Shown piece after piece: positions 28,005 to 41,625 of a stretch of 64,000 bases of DNA (its first letter is position 1; each line of letters begins with the position of its first letter). The notes under the pieces were generated by a model. The model worked only from the letters and a program-made list of their open reading frames with translations. It did not search any database and was not told where the DNA came from. The stretch spans positions 52,638,001 through 52,702,000 of the forward strand of contig OZ024745.1 in the NCBI GenBank assembly GCA_964016885.1, in the 5' to 3' direction. Made by a program: the position numbers and the translations under genes. The stretch comes from Eledone cirrhosa. Taxonomy: Eukaryota.

Positions 28005-29160
28005 AAGTGTACTTAGGCATCCTGGAAACAAACCAAATAAAACGCAAGGAAATGGAAGTTTCCTTATCAAAGGAATATAAACGGAGACTGAAGTTGCTGT
28101 TAAAGACGCAGTTAAGTGGCTGTCAACACATGTTTTCTTACAGCTCTAAGGTATAGCACAGGTGATAGAGTGGAAATGCGATGATCTTAAAGAGCTTGAT
28201 AGAAATACCAGGAAATGATGACACTACAAGGGCACTATACCCCAAATGTGAAGTGGAGAGCTTGAATCTATCACGTCAAGGAGGATGAAAAGGTATTCTT
28301 AGTTGTGAAATGTGGGTGAAGTCGGAAGAAAATAATCTGGCATTGTATGTAAAGTATTCAAAGAAGAGATTGATAGCAGGAGTAAGAAAAATAAAGACAG
28401 ACAGAAAAACACCATAATTACATAGTAGAAAAAGAAAATGTTGGTCAATTTGTGCGTGAAATACCCGAGAAATTTGACAAAGGTAAGAACTGGGAATAAG
28501 ACTAGAAAATGTGACTTAAAAGTGGAAGTCTAGGAAAGGTGACTTGAAAGTTGAAATTGAGCCCTTATATTCGCAGTCGAAAAACAGGCACTGAGAACGA
28601 ATATCAATATCAATATTGACAAGACAGTGAATTCCCCACTTTATAGTTTGTCTTATCAGAATGGTGAAGCAATAAAGCAGATTATTAGTGAATGTAAGGT
28701 GCTTGTTCAGAAAGAGTACAAGAGAAGCGACTGCAACATTGCCGGATTGGTTTATTGGAAGCTCTGCCATAAGCAGAAGTGAGAAATAGTATCAACACTA
28801 ACCAGAATGAGTTGCTGAAAACGAACAGTATCAGATCTTGTGGAAGATGACAATCCAGTGCGACCATTTTATCGTGGCTAGAAAGTCTGACATTGTTGGA
28901 GAAATGAAGAATAGCAAGTATTGTGGATATTGCTTCACCGTGGGACCACAGGGGTAAAGTTAAGAAACATTAGGATCTGAAGAGAGAAATCTGGTAACTA
29001 TGGAGATCGAGATATGTATCAGTGGTACCGATTGTGGGTGGAGCACTCGGACAAGTTAGTAAAAGTTTAGATGCATTGCTTGATGGGATTATTACAGAAA
29101 ACAGCGATGCTAGGCTAGGAACAACAACGATTCTAAAGTGGGTGTCGGAAGGTTGAAGAT
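28005..29160 (+). mobile_element. Decayed R4/Dong-like non-LTR retrotransposon (RT C-terminus, CCHC, restriction-like endonuclease)
   Basis: YLGILE, EYKRRLKLLLKTQLSG, ELDRNTRK, SRQGG, QALRT, IISECKVLVQKEYK, ILW..TIQCDH..ARKSDIV, VDIASPWD, VVPIVGGALG, LQKTAML; many stops and frameshifts. Confidence 0.8.
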
Positions 29161-30643
29161 ATTCAATAGTAAATCTGTACTAATCGGTAATTGATATACC
29201 AAATGTATTATAAAATCCATTCTCGTAAAACTCTCAAATCCTCTTTCATCAAAGTGCTCAGACAAAAGATACAACAGGTGTCCATTCTACCATTCATACA
29301 AAGTGCACTTTGCAAATTATGAACCCTATATCACCTCGACTATGCGAAACACACCGACAGAAGTGACGAATATATAACTATGCCGGAATGTAGGTTTGAG
29401 CAACGCTTTCTCAATGAAGAATCAACTTCACATATCCGGACAAAAGATTCAAAACTAAGCCCACCAGGGAATTTCTCCATCAAATGGAAACGCCAGGATT
29501 GAGCTAAAGCCTATTTAATGGATCGAAAGTATTTCACTTAGGTATGGCGGAAACGTGGAATGTTTTAATAAAACTAAATAGTTCTTCCAACTGCCTCACC
29601 AGAGGGTTAGATTTCTTCAAAACCTCACTGAACCAGTAACATTTGTAAACATATAAAAACGTTTTGCAATGACTTCAATTACTACTGCGGAAATTATTGA
29701 AAACAATGCAATATCGAATTTGCTATATTTTTGTTCCAGATTAACCTATAGTGTAGTCTTCAAATTGTACCCATTGCTAATAATAACTGAATAAAAAGAT
29801 GTTCCTAATTGCTGCTTCAAAGCTAAACATTTCGCACTTGAAAATACAGGAAATGCTTCTAGTTCAATACACATTTATATTTCGATCTATTAAAAAAATA
29901 TATACGGGTCTTACCAATTAACATTAAATTAATTGTGTTTATATATTGGATACTCTTATTGATACACTTAATACTGAAATAATGCTTTTTCATCATCAAT
30001 AATAAAAATAATTTTCAAAAGAAAGTAGCAATGCTTGCAACATTTTCCATCTGAGCTTAATTCATTACCGTTGGACTCATTTCCCTCTATGTGGTGGTGT
30101 GTTAATATATATATATATATATAACAAATAATTGTTTCTGTAATAACATTCAATCATGTTAATGAATTAACACACATCTCACGATGCAGGATTCCGAACT
30201 CATTAAATTAGAGGGATTGATTTAAAGTAATACAATAAATAACCTCATTATTATAAAAGTATTTTAGTTTGAAAGAGAAAAAATGTATGGATGAAATCCT
30301 TATTAGACAGCAAATATGCAGAAGCCTGAATTATCGAAATTTTAATTTCAAGAGAGTCCCAACAAGCACACAATTATGGCTAGGCTGCCTGCGACTCATA
30401 TTAAGTGTTTCTGTACGAAGGAATACTTTGATACTGACATGTTAATTCTATGTATATCTAGTACAATTAATCGAGCTTCTTAATGAACGAAATTGAAAGC
30501 AATAGAAACCCGCTTAATCAATATTATATGTTATTTATTTACAACTACACAATATATTGTATTTATTGTATTGGAGCTTATTATCGAAAAGTTTCTAATA
30601 TTTTTATAGATGGAGTAAGGCTACACACACATATATCTACACT

Positions 30644-30696
<53 letters not shown>

Positions 30697-30698
<2 letters not shown>

Positions 30699-31145
30699 AA
30701 GGGCAAAGGAGCTCTTAAGAGTCAATGGCCATCCAAAATCACCGGGAGAGATGACCCCTTAGCCTTTGTCAAGGCAGAATTCTAGGAGAAGGAAAACTCT
30801 GATATAACACCTGCAACCTTGATGGTATCCAATGATGTTGACTTGTTCTACTTTTTGGTAAATATCATCTTGGTTAAGAGAGTGGGACTGGCTCTGTGCA
30901 ATGCCTTTGCTCACTATAAAAGCTTCATGGCACAGGCATTGCTTTGTATCTGGAGATCTCTGCACTTGTCACATGGTACCATGGGCCCAGGACTATGTGT
31001 CAATAATTGTCACAAGTGTAGTGTTTGTACCAGAGTTTTCAAGTCGCTGGCTGGACTAAAAAGTCACACTCATGCAGCGCTTCGGTAGGGGTTCTCCTAC
31101 ATGGATATAAAGTAGTGGCCGTACTCGAAAACGAGTTGGCAGCCA

Positions 31146-31148
<3 letters not shown>
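30697..31148 (+). mobile_element. Short non-autonomous RTE derivative (5' UTR motif plus 3' zinc-finger end) in (TA)n
   Basis: ctaggagaaggaaaactctga resembles RTE 5' UTRs; [18 protein letters not shown]2H2-like end; ctcg-aaaa-cgag hairpin before the tail. Confidence 0.55.
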
Positions 31149-31203
<55 letters not shown>

Positions 31204-31360
31204 ACTTATATACATATATATTATATATATATATACATATATACATATTTATATATACATATATAGAGAGAGACATATATATATATATGCAAACATATAC
31301 GTATATATACATGCATATATATATATATACATATAGATATAGATGTATAGATATATACAT

Positions 31361-31407
<47 letters not shown>

Positions 31408-31448
31408 TTATTTTTATTATTATTATTTATACATATATATATATATAC

Positions 31449-33869
31449 ACCAACCGAAATGGAAGACTACTGAGAGACACCCTGCTGGAGGCGAACTTGA
31501 TGGCGACCAACCTAAGGTTTAGGAAGAATCTGGGGAAGATGTGGACCTACATCTCAGATATGCACCTGTCCAAGTCCCAGATTGATTTCATTCTGGTGAG
31601 GAAAAAGTGGCGGAATAGTGTTCTGAACACGGAACCATACAGCTATTTCAGTACACTGGGTAGTGACCACCGGCTTGTTATGAGTGAGGTCCGCGTGAGC
31701 TTAAGAAAGAGCAAGGCTCAGCCCCGGAGAACAATCTATGACTGGGGAGCTTTCAAGGAAGATGATAAGCTACAGGAGAGGTTCACAGTGGAAGTGAGAA
31801 ACAGGTTTAGTGCTCTGTGTGGAGAGTCAGAGGAGAGAGAGATTGGATGGACTGAGGAGAGTGTGACGAGGAGGTACGGGCACTTCACCAATGCAGTGGC
31901 GAAAGCAAGTGAAACCCTGGTGCCGAGGAAAAAGAACAAAGGGAAGCACGTCAGCTCTGCAGACCCAAAAGTGTGTGCAGCCAGAGAACACCTGAAAGCT
32001 GCCAGGGACCAATTCTATGCTGATCCTACGGAGGAGAGGATGGAGACTGTGGAGGTGATGAGGGAAGAGCTCTGTACCGCTTACACTGAGGTCAGAGAGG
32101 AGGCACTGATAGAGAAGATCAGAAGTGTGGAGAGAGCGGTTGACGGATCTGGATGTAAGGAGAGCTGGATGATCATCAACGAGATCACAGGGAGGAAGAA
32201 AAGGTGTTCGAGTCAGATCCAGGGAACGGGGCCCGAGGATAGGAAGAGGAAATGGCTAGACCATTTTAGGACCCTACTAGGAGAGCCACCCTCCACAGAC
32301 CAGAGCACTGGGGAGATCAGGCGGCTGTTTGAGGAACTGGATGTTGAGACAGAGCCCTTCACCAGAGAGGAGCTTCAGAGAGCCAAGAAGAAGATCAAGG
32401 AGGGCAAGGCTCATGGAGAAGATGGAGTAGCATCAGAGGTGATGAAGTGGTGTGATTTTGATGATATCATCCTGGGGTTCTGTAACGGGGCACTGGAGAA
32501 AGGAGTTGCCCCGAATCAGTGGAGGATCAGTAACATCGTCCCAGTGCCAAAGAAGGGAGATCTCTCTAACACCAACAACTACCGGGGAATCTCACTGACG
32601 TCACTTGTGGCAAAGACCCTCAACAGGATGATTCTTAACAGGATCCAGCCTGAGATGGAGAAGAAGCTCAGGGACAACCAGAACGGCTTCAGAGAGGGTA
32701 GATCAACCACCAGTCACATCCTGATGCTGAGGAGGATATTAGAGGGAGCTAGAGCAAAGTGCCTTCCTGCGGTCATGGTTTTCATTGACTTTAGGAAGGC
32801 CTTTGATTCTGTGGACCGTTACTGCCTGATGAAGATCTTACAGGCTTATGGAATCCCCAAGAGGATAGTGGACCTGATATCACTGCTCTACACCAACACC
32901 AAAGCCCAAGTCATTACACCTGATGGGATGACAGAGTTCTTTGAGATACTGGCTGGAGTGCTCCAGGGAGATACATTGGCTCCCTACCTTTTTATCATCG
33001 TAGTGGACTATTGTATGCGCCTTGCACTGGAGAAACACCAGGACTCTGGCTTTACTGTAGCACCGGCTCAGAGCAGGAGAGTTGGGGCGAAAAAGGTATC
33101 GGATGCTGAATTTGCCGACGACATAGTTTTGGTGACAAATACAGTGAAGGAGGCAGAGGATTTGATGCGGGAGGTTGAGACTGTGTCGATGAGTGTGGCG
33201 CTGAGAATGAATGAGACTAAAACAAAATATCTGGTAGAGAATGTTGAGAAGCCAGAGGGGATCACTAATGTAGGCGGGAAGCCGCTGGAATTGGTTGAGG
33301 ACTTCCTGTATTTGGGAGCAAAGATTGGGAATACGGAAGATGATGTGGTTGAGAGGAAGAGCAAGGCCTGGGCGGCGTGCCACAGCTTGAGATCGGTGTG
33401 GAAGTCGGACCTAGGTAGAGACCTGAAAATCCGCCTCTTCATTGCTGTAGTGGAGTCTGTGCTGCTGTGTGGGTCTGAGACTTGGACACTGACCAAGAGA
33501 CTCACTCAGATGGTGGATGGGTGCTACACGAGAATGCTGAGGATGGCTCTGAACATTAATCAGTATACACTGAGGATGAAAAACTCAGAGCTGTATGGGA
33601 GCCTCCCAAAAGTCAGCTCAAAAGTGACACAGAGGAGACTGAGGTTGGCTGGACATGCTCACCGACATCCAGAGTTGACATTGCACTCCGTGCTCCTTTG
33701 GGAGCCCCTACATGGACACACTGGAAGAGGAAGACCAAGGTTAACATATGTTGATGCCCTAAGGACAGACACTGGTCTGTTGGAGACGCAGGACATGGCA
33801 GCGATAATGAGGGACAGAGACCGCTGGAGAGAACTCGTCCATGGATCTCGGGAATTTTACCCGCCTTAG
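31449..33869 (+). CDS. RTE-clade LINE ORF (C-terminal APE endonuclease + reverse transcriptase), 5'-truncated, open
   Basis: [72 protein letters not shown]. The ORF-track N-terminus (31287-31448) is microsatellite. Confidence 0.95.
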   Translation, partial: TNRNGRLLRDTLLEANLMATNLRFRKNLGKMWTYISDMHLSKSQIDFILVRKKWRNSVLNTEPYSYFSTLGSDHRLVMSEVRVSLRKSKAQPRRTIYDWGAFKEDDKLQERFTVEVRNRFSALCGESEEREIGWTEESVTRRYGHFTNAVAKASETLVPRKKNKGKHVSSADPKVCAAREHLKAARDQFYADPTEERMETVEVMREELCTAYTEVREEALIEKIRSVERAVDGSGCKESWMIINEITGRKKRCSSQIQGTGPEDRKRKWLDHFRTLLGEPPSTDQSTGEIRRLFEELDVETEPFTREELQRAKKKIKEGKAHGEDGVASEVMKWCDFDDIILGFCNGALEKGVAPNQWRISNIVPVPKKGDLSNTNNYRGISLTSLVAKTLNRMILNRIQPEMEKKLRDNQNGFREGRSTTSHILMLRRILEGARAKCLPAVMVFIDFRKAFDSVDRYCLMKILQAYGIPKRIVDLISLLYTNTKAQVITPDGMTEFFEILAGVLQGDTLAPYLFIIVVDYCMRLALEKHQDSGFTVAPAQSRRVGAKKVSDAEFADDIVLVTNTVKEAEDLMREVETVSMSVALRMNETKTKYLVENVEKPEGITNVGGKPLELVEDFLYLGAKIGNTEDDVVERKSKAWAACHSLRSVWKSDLGRDLKIRLFIAVVESVLLCGSETWTLTKRLTQMVDGCYTRMLRMALNINQYTLRMKNSELYGSLPKVSSKVTQRRLRLAGHAHRHPELTLHSVLLWEPLHGHTGRGRPRLTYVDALRTDTGLLETQDMAAIMRDRDRWRELVHGSREFYPP

Positions 33870-34256
33870 ATAGATATATATATATATATATACATTGGTG
33901 GACTGGCCAGGTTGCCAAGGTTGCCCAATGGCATTGAAAATACCACAGAGGCTTAACAGGGCCCACTGCAGTATTTTAGGAGAAAATGCTTTGCTTTCAA
34001 AAAATACGTGATGCCTAAGAGGAAGAGTAAATGTTTTTAAAAAATAAATAGAACAGTGAAGTAAAGCATTTGGTCAGCCAATTCTCTGGGGAATTAATAG
34101 AACCCCAAGTATATGATAGTTGTTGTACATTCTACTAAATCTAAAGCGTAGTGTATACATTCATGCATGCAAACATGCATATATAGAAACAATCAAGTAA
34201 ACACACACACACGCGCACACACACGCCCGCACACACACACACACACACACACACAT

Positions 34257-34436
34257 TTGAAAATTGCCAACTTGACTGTCACCACTGAATATGTACCTGA
34301 AGATTGTGAAAGCATGAAACTACTTGTTCAATTAACATTTAACATACCATACTATTTCATTATATCATTATAATTTTAAAGGGTTGTAAATAAAACGAGT
34401 AAATCAGACAAAGTTGGTATTCGTTTTATTAATATA
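34257..34436 (+). mobile_element. Short HHR-bearing repeat (relative at 40072-40372)
   Basis: HHR 34292-34330: tgtac-CTGAAGA-t-tgt-gaaa-gca-t-GAAA-ctac-TT-gttca. Confidence 0.7.
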
Positions 34437-34491
34437 ATCTTCTCTCAGCTAATAAATGTTCTAAACTAAAATTTGATCGTGTTAACACTTA

Positions 34492-34541
<50 letters not shown>

Positions 34542-34703
34542 ACAGGGAGAAAGAGACGATTATGAGGAAGACAAATATATTTTTTTCCTTTTTTGTTTCT
34601 CTCTCTCTCTTTTCTGGGTTAGAAAATGATTAAAACGAAATGGTTTACTTTGTGTGAAGGGTTAAGGTATTAGTTGATTTATTTATTATACATATACATA
34701 TAT

Positions 34704-34784
<81 letters not shown>

Positions 34785-35460
34785 AGGAAGTTATAGTTCA
34801 CTTGAAGCATTGTGTAATGAGGTATAAACGTTTGAATTTGTAAAGCCAAACAATGCAGGTATGGACATAGAATAAAAAATGCAAATGCGAAAGATATTGT
34901 TGACAATTAGTCTTTTACCTTAGATTTATTTAAATGTCCTTAATTTTCGAGATAATATCTCTTCTTCGAATGGAAGTAAAGCGGTTAAACCAGTGTTCTA
35001 AATAGCTTGCCAAGTCATGCTGACAGGAAATGGTATAGAGTACCTGTTCTATCTCTAATGTCAAAGAGTTAAGGTTAGGTGGATAAAGAGTAGTCTCCCT
35101 TTAAAATGTTATTTTTGTATATGTCTCTTTATAATGCACGTGGAAATTGGAATAATCTTCCACATTATGGGGTGGGGGTTAACTTGTAGGATCAAATTCT
35201 GGAAGACGATTAACGAAAACATGCCACACAAAACAAACAAGAACACGTATGTACTCATTCATACTCAAACACACTATAAACATACACCTACACGCACATA
35301 TACTCAGACTTGTTTAGTAAATTATTTATGGATCTAAGAATGATTGACAAATGATATATGACTTTGCTATCATTTGAACTATATATTTACAAAGCACTGG
35401 ACCGAATAAACTGAGAAAATGTGCCCGTTGGGATATCGATGGTGCCATATATATATATAT

Positions 35461-35838
35461 ATAAATTACAGAATAATCCAAACTATGTTCAAAACATTTT
35501 ATTGCTGACAATCGTTTCTCCCAAACTTTCTTTTTGTATCATCGGAGCACTAGAATATTTTAGACATAATTAAACTCCTATTCCACAGAAAAATCGTAAA
35601 GATACGTAGATGTTAGTGTTGTCATTAACAGGGTCATATTTAAAGAGTGAAGATGATGTGGTCAGTATCAGTGGATGCGAAAAAGATTACGTATCGTTAC
35701 GATTGTTCTGTGGAATAGGAGGTTAATTATATGTCTAAATTTTGCTAGTGCTCTGATGATTCCAAACGAAAGTTTGGAGAAACGATTATCAGCCATAACA
35801 TCTTTTGAACATAGTTTTCATTATTCTGTAATTTATAT
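35461..35838. mobile_element. Fold-back element with HHR-like motif in each arm (duplicate at 45851-46226)
   Basis: ~150 bp imperfect inverted arms; 35750-35793: gct-CTGATGA-t-tccaaac-gaaa-gtttgga-GAAA-cgatta-TC-agc. The other arms have CCGATGA. Confidence 0.7.
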
Positions 35839-36454
35839 TCCGGCTCTGTAAAACATCTGATGTGTTTACATTGAGCTATTTTTCGCACTGGTAATAAGGT
35901 GGTAATGAATTACTGACCTTTCCTGTTTATAATTATATATAGTGTATATAAATAATATTATTATAATTATATATATATATATATATACATACACATATAT
36001 ATATATGATCTTAGAGCAAAAGCAGTAGGAAATAATCGACGATGCCATAGATTCTCGCTCATCAGTTGTTGTCAAGTCTACATAACTCACCGCCTTTACT
36101 GAAGCTAAACTGAGTTCGATTCGTATAGTGTTCTGCTTATGTTTGTGAGCAGTTAAAATGTGTTTGCTTACAGAGCGGGGGCCATCCCAGCTTCAGTTAA
36201 AAATATGTATTGGTGCTCTGAAATAACGATATACATATGGATGTACGTATTTCTAGTAAAAACAAATACGGTTTGTGCATGAAAAATTAAAGGCCTTTCG
36301 ATATTCATTTTAAGGTTGTGAAGACACACACACACACACACTTCTCCGTATAAGACAAGAGCTGAAAAATATCTTTTAACATGTTAAAATATCCCCCCCC
36401 CCACACTTACAGACACATTCCTACTGACCATCCCTCTACCACGAATTACTCTGC

Positions 36455-36486
<32 letters not shown>

Positions 36487-37005
36487 TCTTAGTAGGTATT
36501 TGAACTGTCAACAGGCTGCGGTTCGCACACACATCCCTGCTGACCATTATCACAACAACGAACCTCTTTACTACTACTACTACATACACACACACATATT
36601 TGTTTTGAAAAACTTATTTTTCAGTGACTTCTCAATCAGCCGACACAAACCTACATTTGGCGCCAAATCAATTTTTAACATTCACATAACTTCTACCGAC
36701 CAATCAAAATTGTTGTTTTGAGCATAAGAATTTTTGCAACACGAATTGGCGCAAAACTTATTTTAATACCGCTGGAGCCACATTTTTAACATAAAAACAG
36801 GTAGAGTTTCCAAAACAAATCAGATTAGAGCAAATATCACGGACGCTCTATCTCAAAATTATTTTTGAAAAGCTTTAGAAATGCGCAACCGGTAAAACTT
36901 AAAACCAAAACTGAATACTAACCAATTATATTACTAATTCTCACTTATTCCTAATTAAACTATGTTTCACTGTGAAAAATTTGTCAGCATTATCTTTTCC
37001 GTTTA

Positions 37006-37040
<35 letters not shown>

Positions 37041-37044
<4 letters not shown>

Positions 37045-38455
37045 TAAAATAACAGATTCAAGTTTAAGCAAAGAATCGCTGCTTTCACCCATAACGGGAT
37101 CTTCTGAAACTAACAAAGTCAATCTGTAAACGCAGAACTGGATATTTCAAAAAACGTTGCAACCGGAGGAAGACAGGAAGACGATACTTTGGTTCGTGGT
37201 AACGTTCGCTGGCAAAGAACGGGAAAAAACGAATAATACGTCATTAATAGGAGCGGTGAAAAACAATTACGCGCAAAGACAAAACCACGTTTATGGTATA
37301 AAAGAGGTCGTAGACTAATGTTCTCTTAGGTGGTGCATAGAGACGTTCTCTGGCAATGAACGAAAAAACGAAGATAATAAGTCATATGTGGAGCGTGGAG
37401 AACAATAGCACGCAAAGACAAAATCACGTAAATGGTATAGCAGAAATCGTAGACTAAAATTCTAACTAGGAGACCAAATGAATCTCCGCTACAGAGTTAA
37501 GAACAAAGTAAATAAATACAATACAGAAGTAATAGAAACAAATAAATACATACACGCGAACAGATACGTACATACACAAGCATACGCAAAACCTTACCAT
37601 GGGTATACAAAACCACGCACATATAAATATGTGTGTGTGTGTATGCTTGTGTACAAATAAATAAATAATTATATAAACGTATATAAGTAAATAAATACGT
37701 ATATAACAAGCGCACACGCATACCTACATATAAATACACGAATGTTCGGAGACGTAAGTCAACTAAAACAAGAAGTACACATATACACACACCCACCATA
37801 CGTACGAACCTGCACACTCACGCGGACGCAAAACTCCCGTATACACATATCCAAACCCTAAATACCACAATATGTAAAAATTATACGCTATAACAGTCAA
37901 ATATACGTACGAGAAGGTATACATACCTTCACAAAACATACGGGTAATATATACTTACCTATGCAAATAAGTAAAGGAATAAACAAAACATATACTTAGC
38001 TCCCACATCAAGACGTAAAATATCCACGTATAGATCGTGCTATCCGTTAGGGTATAACGTGGGGCTGTAATACAGGAAAGTGTTGTGCAATTTATGTTTA
38101 CAAGCCGAAATTGCCTCAGATTTTTTGTTTAAGATGTGGTCTGTAGCGTAGAGTATTTCCAGGGCCTCAGCGGCGCAGAGGTCACATGGTCTTTTATTTC
38201 CGTTATACGATCTAGCCCTAGCTAGGATCTCCCAGTGTAACTTATATTGGGTGTGGTTGTCTTTTAGACTCCAGATATAAGCTGAAAGTGACGTCATATT
38301 CCTTCTTAGAGGGTAACGAAAAGAATAGGTATGCATGTAAAGACGCTGCTTGAAACTATTGGCGCTTAACCCTATGTAGGCCCTACGGGACGTGGGTGTT
38401 ACAACCTTACATTTGTAGACAATGTTACTAGAGAGGCATTTCCCGGATAGGGGGC
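37041..38455 (-). mobile_element. 5'-truncated Penelope-like element (Nematis-like GIY-YIG end and 3' UTR)
   Basis: NIVYKCKV...AYIGLSANSFKQRLYMH..SF...TSLSAYIWSLK...WEIL...CDLC..E...LNKKSEAISACKH; possible decayed HHR (CAGAAGA..GAAA) near 37077-37118. Confidence 0.85.
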
Positions 38456-38521
38456 AGCCCTCTTTGAATTTTAGCCTTCAATTTTATTATTATTACTATA
38501 TATATATATATATATATATAT

Positions 38522-38760
38522 AAGGAAAAAAGATTAAATCGAAAATGCAACTCTAGTTGTTTTTTTAAATATATATTTGGTTCCTTTACGGGTTTCGCAG
38601 TTCTTCTACTTTTCAAAATTAGAATTGAGATGGAGGAAACCACAAACCCTCCATTTCAATTCTACTTTTGAAAAGCAGAAGAACTGCAAAACCGATGATA
38701 TATTTATCTTTCTAAAAAAAGGCTACAGTTGCAGTTTCGATTTCATATTTTTTCCTTATA
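38522..38760. mobile_element. MITE-like ~240 bp hairpin (duplicate at 48666-48912)
   Basis: taaggaaaaa...tttttcctta termini; centre gatggagg-aaaccacaaac-cctccatt. Confidence 0.7.
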
Positions 38761-38821
38761 CTTTCACTCGTGTAGGACACCTCGGTTAGTTTACTCTTTT
38801 GTAAAAATAACCTCACTTTCT

Positions 38822-38855
<34 letters not shown>

Positions 38856-38872
38856 GGTGTGTTTGTGTGTGT

Positions 38873-38962
<90 letters not shown>

Positions 38963-39534
38963 GTGTGTGTGCTCGTTTACGAGTGTATGTGCGCGTGCGC
39001 ACTGTATAGTATATTCCACTGAATCAGAATAGTTCCATTTGAATAGTGAGATGCATTAGAATAAACAATTTAGGGGGATTACTCTCGGCACACTCGTAAT
39101 TATAACAAATAATCTACAAATTGAATACAAAAACATTTCGGTGTGCAAACAGTTAATTCAGTAATTTATCAGGATACAATTAAATTCTCATTTCATGGAT
39201 ACTCATTAAACTATATAATTCTCCGCTGTAAGTGAAGTGTTACTTTCTAAATGTATTTGCTATCAGTATAACACTGTTTATGGGGAGTGACAGAAATCTT
39301 AATCTTTATCAAAGTATGTTTTAATCTGATTTTCTTATAAATTTGTGACATGGAAATCACAATTCTTTTATTCCCACGAAAAAGAGAACATTTTTTATTA
39401 ACAATATTAAGAGGCGTTTTGTATATATTATGGTTATTAGATTAGTATGTTCTCTTTCCACAGCAAGTGTCATTATATAATTAGTGATTCCCTAATTCTT
39501 AGATTGCCGAGGTTTCTTTCCTTAGTTTCTATCC

Positions 39535-39880
<346 letters not shown>

Positions 39881-39977
39881 TCTATATATACATATATATA
39901 TATCTATATTTATATATACATATATATATATCTATATATATATATACATATATCTATATCTATATATATGTATATAC

Positions 39978-40008
<31 letters not shown>

Positions 40009-40071
40009 CATATACATATATAGAGAGAGAGATAGATAATATACACGGGTGTGTATGATTGTGTATAGAAG

Positions 40072-40372
40072 ATTATATTAATAAAAGGAATTCCAACTTT
40101 GTCTTATTTATTCGTTTTGTTTACAATCCTTTTAAATGTATAATGGTATTAGAATGAAATAGTATGGTAGATTATTAAATGTTAAGTGTTAATTGAACAA
40201 ATACTTTCATGCTTTCGCAATCTCCAGGTTCATAATGTGTGGTGACAGTCAAGTTTGCAGAAAATTGCAAATATTCTACCATACTATTTCATTCTAAAAC
40301 CATTATAAATTTTAAAGGATTGTAAATAAAACGAGTAAATCAGACACAGTTGGAATTCCTTTTATTAATACA
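40072..40372. mobile_element. Fold-back copy of the 34257-34436 family with HHR on minus strand (40194-40232)
   Basis: tgaac-CTGGAGA-t-tgc-gaaa-gca-t-GAAA-gtat-TT-gttca; inverted right arm 40270-40372. Confidence 0.7.
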
Positions 40373-40469
40373 TATATATATATATACACCCACATAATAT
40401 ATTATATATATATAGACATAATATATATTATATTTTATATTATATATATATATATGTATATATATATAA

Positions 40470-40630
40470 ATAATAGTTTCTACATTTGGCACAAGGCCAG
40501 CATTTACCCCAGTGTATGTATAACTGGTGCTTTATTGTATCGACCTCGTAAGGATGAAAGCAAAGTTAACCTCGGCAGGGTTTGAACTCTGACTATAAAG
40601 GGCCGTAACTCTATGCTGCAAAGCATGTGG
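40470..40630 (-). mobile_element. Nin/Deu-domain SINE copy
   Basis: cgacctcgtaaggatgaaagcaaagttaacctcggcagggtttgaactc. Confidence 0.8.
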
Positions 40631-41457
40631 TTCAATATATATAATGTGTATATTTATATATTTTATTCGAAGCTAATGCTACGTCGTTGATCTGATGTAT
40701 GTGATTAACGTTTCAGCGATATCGAGAAATTATTTGGTAGACTTAGGGCGCCACCGTCCATATTTTCCAATATTTATTTGCTTATTTCAAATCCCGATGA
40801 CGATAATGTTTCATTTAAATCAAACAATTGTTATTTGAATAATTAGCAGTATCATTTATATATTACAATGATTAACATTGCCAAAATTGATTAAAACTTC
40901 GAAATTTGACTGATTGCTTTCAAGGCTTTTCAGATTTGATGACGTAGAGTAAATTATTACCTTGAAGTATAGAAAATAAAATTTAATTTAGTTTTCTTTT
41001 GTTAATCGCCCCCCCCCCCCCCCGCCTCCAACCGTTTATATATATATATATAGGAAAATGTTCAAGACCCCGACGGCACATCTCAAGCCGTTTCGACGGC
41101 TATTTCTGGACTAAATTAGATTTTTAGAGTGGTAATAAATAGCCGAAATTTTCAAGGGGTAATTCCATATATGGGAAGATTGTAGTTGTCAAAAGGATTG
41201 GTCAAAATTTGTTGTGAACACAATTGAATCTTTCATGGTGGTGGGTGGTGGCTGAACTTGCCTGAGGAAACAATGAGGGAGTGGGTGGAGCCGGTCAAGC
41301 GTTGAAAGTGAATTCTATACAGCAAATTCGAAGGAGTGTGTATGAAATTAGGCTAGCTAGAAAGCAGGCGAAAAAAGAATTCTGAGAGGGGAAGTTATTA
41401 AATTTTAAAAAAGTTAATAAATTGAAATAAAAAAATAAAAAAATGATAAATAAAAAT

Positions 41458-41625
41458 AATTGTTTCTTGTATAGGCAAAAGGCCAGCAATTATGGGGGAG
41501 GGGAAATTCGATTAAATCGACCCCAGTGCGTGACTTGTACTTTATTTTATCGACCCCGTAAGGATGAAAGGCAAAGTTAACCTCGGCAGGATTTGAACTC
41601 AGACTATAAAGGGCCGTAACTCTAT
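41458..41625 (-). mobile_element. Nin/Deu-domain SINE copy
   Basis: tcgaccccgtaaggatgaaaggcaaagttaacctcggcaggatttgaactcag. Confidence 0.85.

Larger units (their letters stand above)
35135..39477 (+). repeat. Segmental duplication copy A (shared blocks 35135-36323 and 38521-39477)
   Basis: High identity to 45524-46799 and 48665-49621. Confidence 0.9.

Noticed and set aside
31287-31448. N-terminal 54 aa of the 860-aa ORF
   Set aside because: Read-through of (TA)n; the LINE is 5'-truncated at ~31449.
41262-41317. CTGAGGA...GAAA...TA hammerhead-like spacing
   Set aside because: No helix I pairing and only a 3-bp helix II base.
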